From assembly GCA_003566335.1 (NCBI GenBank), contig PXDR01000259.1:1-29176 (forward strand): a stretch of 29,176 nt of DNA, written 5' to 3'. The stretch comes from Cyanobacteria bacterium T3Sed10_344R1 (GTDB taxonomy: Bacteria > Cyanobacteriota > Cyanobacteriia > Phormidesmidales > Phormidesmidaceae). The position numbers were made by a program, and so were the translations under genes. Numbering within the stretch: the stretch's first letter is position 1; the number at the start of each line of letters is the position of its first letter. The notes under the pieces were generated by a model. That model did no database searches. It had not been told where the DNA came from and saw only the letters and a list, made by a program, of their open reading frames with translations. Positions 26,621 to 29,176 of this stretch are shown here, in pieces.

Positions 26621-28984
26621 ATGCTCGCTTCAGACCCTGTGATCAGCACGGGGGGACTTATTTCCCTTGAGCAGTTTTACGGAGCCTATAAGACGTTCCG
26701 TAAAGCGCCAAACACAGAACAAAAAGACACCATCAAGCCCGCCCCCACCGAACCGCTCTTCATTGTGGCGGGGCCGGGGACTGGGAAGACGACCTGCCTT
26801 ACCCTGCGCATCCTGAAGCTGGTGTTGGTGGACGGGGTGCCGCCTAAAAGTATTTTGGCGACCACGTTTACGAAGAAGGCGGCGGCGGAACTGCGATCGC
26901 GCATCCTGGGCTGGGGCTTTCGCATTCTGGAGGCCTTGCAGCGGGATGAGACGGTTCCGGCGGAGACTAAGCTGGCCCTCAGCCGCATCGACATCAACCA
27001 GGTAATGACGGGCACGGTGGATAGCCTGTGCGAACAGCTGCTGCGCGACTACCGAGACCCCGGCACCCAACCTCCCATCTTGGCGGACGACTTTGTGGCG
27101 AAGACGCTGCTGCTGCGGGAGGGGCTGCTGGCCGAGGAGCGCTACAGAGACGGAGATTTGGATCGGTTTCTGCTGGCGATTCAGGGGGGCAAGTGGGGCT
27201 GGAATGTGGGCAAGAAGGCTAACCTGCTCCAGCAGTTGTGGGACCGGCGGCACCAAGACCAGGTGGAGTGGGCCGAGTTTTTGGCCAGCGGCACCCGGTC
27301 AGATGACACGTTTGATGAGCAGAGGGCTCTGGACGTTCTCCGGGATGCGATCGCCGCCTACCAAACGGCCCTCGAAGATCGGCTGATGGTGGACTTTTCG
27401 CTTCTGGAGCAGGAGGTGTTGGTGCGCCTACAAGGAGGAAAACTGTCGGAGTTCACCAATCAGCTGCAGGTGGTGCTGGTGGATGAGTACCAGGACACCA
27501 ATCTGCTTCAGGAGAGTATCTATTTTGAGCTAGCCAGAGCCTGCAATGGAGCAATCACAGTTGTTGGAGACGACGACCAAAGCCTGTACCGCTTCCGGGG
27601 TGCCACTGTCGAGCTGTTTAGCGAGTTCGCTGCCCGCTTCGAGGAAAGGTTTGGACATCAGCCAGAGACGGTCTTTCTCAATAAGAACTATCGCTCAACT
27701 CAAGCCATTATCCAGTTCGTAAACGACTACGCCACGCTGGACCGAGGCTACCAGGTGGTACGGGTAGCCGAAAAGCCACTGTTGCTCCCTGGACTAGCAG
27801 CAATGGGGGGAATGCCCATTTTGGGTATGTTCCGCGAGAATGTGGAGCTATTGGCCAGAGATTTAGGTGACTTTGTCCACCAGGTCTTTCGGGGGGAAGG
27901 GTACTTGCTACCCGATGGTTCTCGCATTGTGGCGAATGGTGCAGGTGGAGACGTGGGGGATTGTGCTCTGTTGTGTAGCAGCCCTGCGGAGTACAACAGT
28001 AGCCACAGTGAGCGATTGCCGTTGTTGCTGAGAGAGGCGCTGCGCTTCAAGTCGCCATCGGTATCGGTCTTTAACCCAAGAGGACAGGAACTGAGTGAGA
28101 TTTCTAGGGTGGCCATCTTTGGGGGGCTCTTGTTGGAGTGCCTAGACCCTGGGGGAGCCGTTGAGGCTGAGATCCGAGGGCTGAGTCAGGATATTCAAAA
28201 GGTGTTTGAGCGGTGGCGCGAGGCCGCGATCGCCTTCGTAAACTCTGCCGATGCCCCTCCTAGGCTGCTTGAGTTTGCCCAGGGGTGGGCAAAGCGTCAG
28301 CCACAAAGGAGTGATTTGCGGTGGCCGTCAAGTGTGCCGGTGTTGGAGCTGATTTATGGGTTGGTTCACTTCTTCCCTGAACTTCACGATGACCCTGAGG
28401 GGCAGATTTACCTTGAGGTTTTCACCAGACAGGTATCGGCTTGTGAGCAGGTGGGCAAGTTTTCGGGCCGAGTGGTCTACAAACCCGATAATGCTGAGCT
28501 TTCGGATGCTTCTGTCAAGGAGTTGTTGCGGGACTTTTTGGGACCGATCGCATCGGGCACAGTGAAGGTGAACGAAGACTTGATGGAGGCGTTTCCCCGC
28601 GATCGCCTCAGCATTCTCTCGATTCACCAGTCGAAGGGGTTGGAGTTTCCGCTGGTAATTGTGGATGTGGGGTCAGACTTTAAGACAAACCACCAGGCCC
28701 ACAAGTTCAAGCGGTTCCCGAAAGATGGGGGCACGCCCCACACCATGGAAGATTTGCTGCGACCTCACACGGAGCTAAGCCGGCCTGGTCGATCGGGCCA
28801 AGACCGAGCCTTTGATGACCTCTACCGGCAGTTCTTTGTGGCTTACAGTCGTCCTCAGGAGGTGCTGCTGCTGGTTGGGCTAATGGCCACATTGCCTGAG
28901 GGCAACATTTCTAACGTTGCGACGGGTTGGGACCGCACGGACACCTCTGCCTGGCGCGGTGGTCGGCCCTTCGTGGAAGTTTAG
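26621..28984 (+). CDS. UvrD/Rep-like SF1 DNA helicase
   Basis: VAGPGTGKT, TFTKKAAAEL, VDEYQDTN, VGDDDQSLYRFRGA, NYRST, SIHQSKGLEF, VAYSR. Confidence 0.92.
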   Translation: MLASDPVISTGGLISLEQFYGAYKTFRKAPNTEQKDTIKPAPTEPLFIVAGPGTGKTTCLTLRILKLVLVDGVPPKSILATTFTKKAAAELRSRILGWGFRILEALQRDETVPAETKLALSRIDINQVMTGTVDSLCEQLLRDYRDPGTQPPILADDFVAKTLLLREGLLAEERYRDGDLDRFLLAIQGGKWGWNVGKKANLLQQLWDRRHQDQVEWAEFLASGTRSDDTFDEQRALDVLRDAIAAYQTALEDRLMVDFSLLEQEVLVRLQGGKLSEFTNQLQVVLVDEYQDTNLLQESIYFELARACNGAITVVGDDDQSLYRFRGATVELFSEFAARFEERFGHQPETVFLNKNYRSTQAIIQFVNDYATLDRGYQVVRVAEKPLLLPGLAAMGGMPILGMFRENVELLARDLGDFVHQVFRGEGYLLPDGSRIVANGAGGDVGDCALLCSSPAEYNSSHSERLPLLLREALRFKSPSVSVFNPRGQELSEISRVAIFGGLLLECLDPGGAVEAEIRGLSQDIQKVFERWREAAIAFVNSADAPPRLLEFAQGWAKRQPQRSDLRWPSSVPVLELIYGLVHFFPELHDDPEGQIYLEVFTRQVSACEQVGKFSGRVVYKPDNAELSDASVKELLRDFLGPIASGTVKVNEDLMEAFPRDRLSILSIHQSKGLEFPLVIVDVGSDFKTNHQAHKFKRFPKDGGTPHTMEDLLRPHTELSRPGRSGQDRAFDDLYRQFFVAYSRPQEVLLLVGLMATLPEGNISNVATGWDRTDTSAWRGGRPFVEV

Positions 28985-28994
28985 GGACACCCTA

Positions 28995-29176
28995 ATGAAC
29001 CAAAGGCTAGATGATACCCCAATCACCTTTCTGGATGTCGAGACGACAGGCACTTCGCCCAGGTATGGCGATCGCATCATCGAACTCGCCATGCTCCAGG
29101 TATGCGGGTCGGAGGTAGTGGGCCACGTCGATGCGCTGATCGACCCCCGGTGTCCACTCAAGGCGGGAGCCATGCG
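28995..29176 (+). CDS. DEDDh (DnaQ-like) 3'-5' exonuclease, 5' part (runs off the right edge)
   Basis: Not in the ORF track. ATG 28995 translates MNQRLDDTPITFLDVETTGTSPRYGDRIIELAMLQV, containing the ExoI motif D-x-E-T-T-G and D-R-I-I-E. Confidence 0.82.
   Translation, partial: MNQRLDDTPITFLDVETTGTSPRYGDRIIELAMLQVCGSEVVGHVDALIDPRCPLKAGAM

Larger units (their letters stand above)
7100..29075. repeat. Dispersed HIP1 octamers (GCGATCGC)
   Basis: Copies at, for example, 7100, 10153, 10472, 11971, 13241, 14047, 16210, 17232, 17881, 18972, 23519, 25693, 26893 and 29068; HIP1 is a cyanobacterial hallmark. Confidence 0.9.

Noticed and set aside
2222-28627. Many 60-310 aa alternative-frame or antisense ORFs in the track (e.g. 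2222-2935, 4572-5504, 13221-13793, 25880-26449, 26630-27256)
   Set aside because: They overlap well-supported genes in GC-rich DNA, are Pro/Arg/Gly-rich and have no recognisable motifs.
1-29176. DGR reverse transcriptase, avd or template repeat; CRISPR array; tRNA or rRNA genes
   Set aside because: I saw no RT motif in any ORF, no non-coding AAC-rich copy of the VR, no regularly spaced repeat array and no RNA-gene structure by eye.

Overview
Cyanobacterial accessory/defence-type region (frequent HIP1 octamers GCGATCGC, Uma2 nucleases, cyanobacterial-style REP hairpins). Left to right: (1) the left end of an IS256-family element, apparently inserted into the 5' part of a VMAP gene; (2) a VMAP-C / MoxR / vWA ternary conflict operon whose vWA protein ends in an FGE-sulfatase (C-type-lectin-fold) domain; (3) a cassette of REP-flanked RAYT transposase, Uma2 and an AbrB-PIN toxin-antitoxin pair, followed by a stand-alone second FGE/CLec gene; (4) queD-queE-queC overlapping a DUF6884-like/DpdA fusion (7-deazaguanine DNA modification); (5) small regulators and a tightly coupled Ski2-helicase / archaeal-type TGT / Ski2-helicase operon; (6) an AT-rich, apparently HIP1-free block with an orphan ORF, two excisionase-like paralogs and a primase-like Rep; (7) nurA-herA, a UvrD-like helicase and the start of a DEDDh exonuclease. 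Two signals stand out. The 3' ends of the two FGE/CLec genes differ in the pattern expected of diversity-generating-retroelement variable repeats (18 differences, all at codon positions 1-2 of N-N-C/T codons), with no RT or template repeat seen in the window. A helicase-TGT-helicase operon lies next to a dpdA/que cluster that has no recognisable dpdB-K genes. All family assignments come from motif recognition by eye; no database searches were run.
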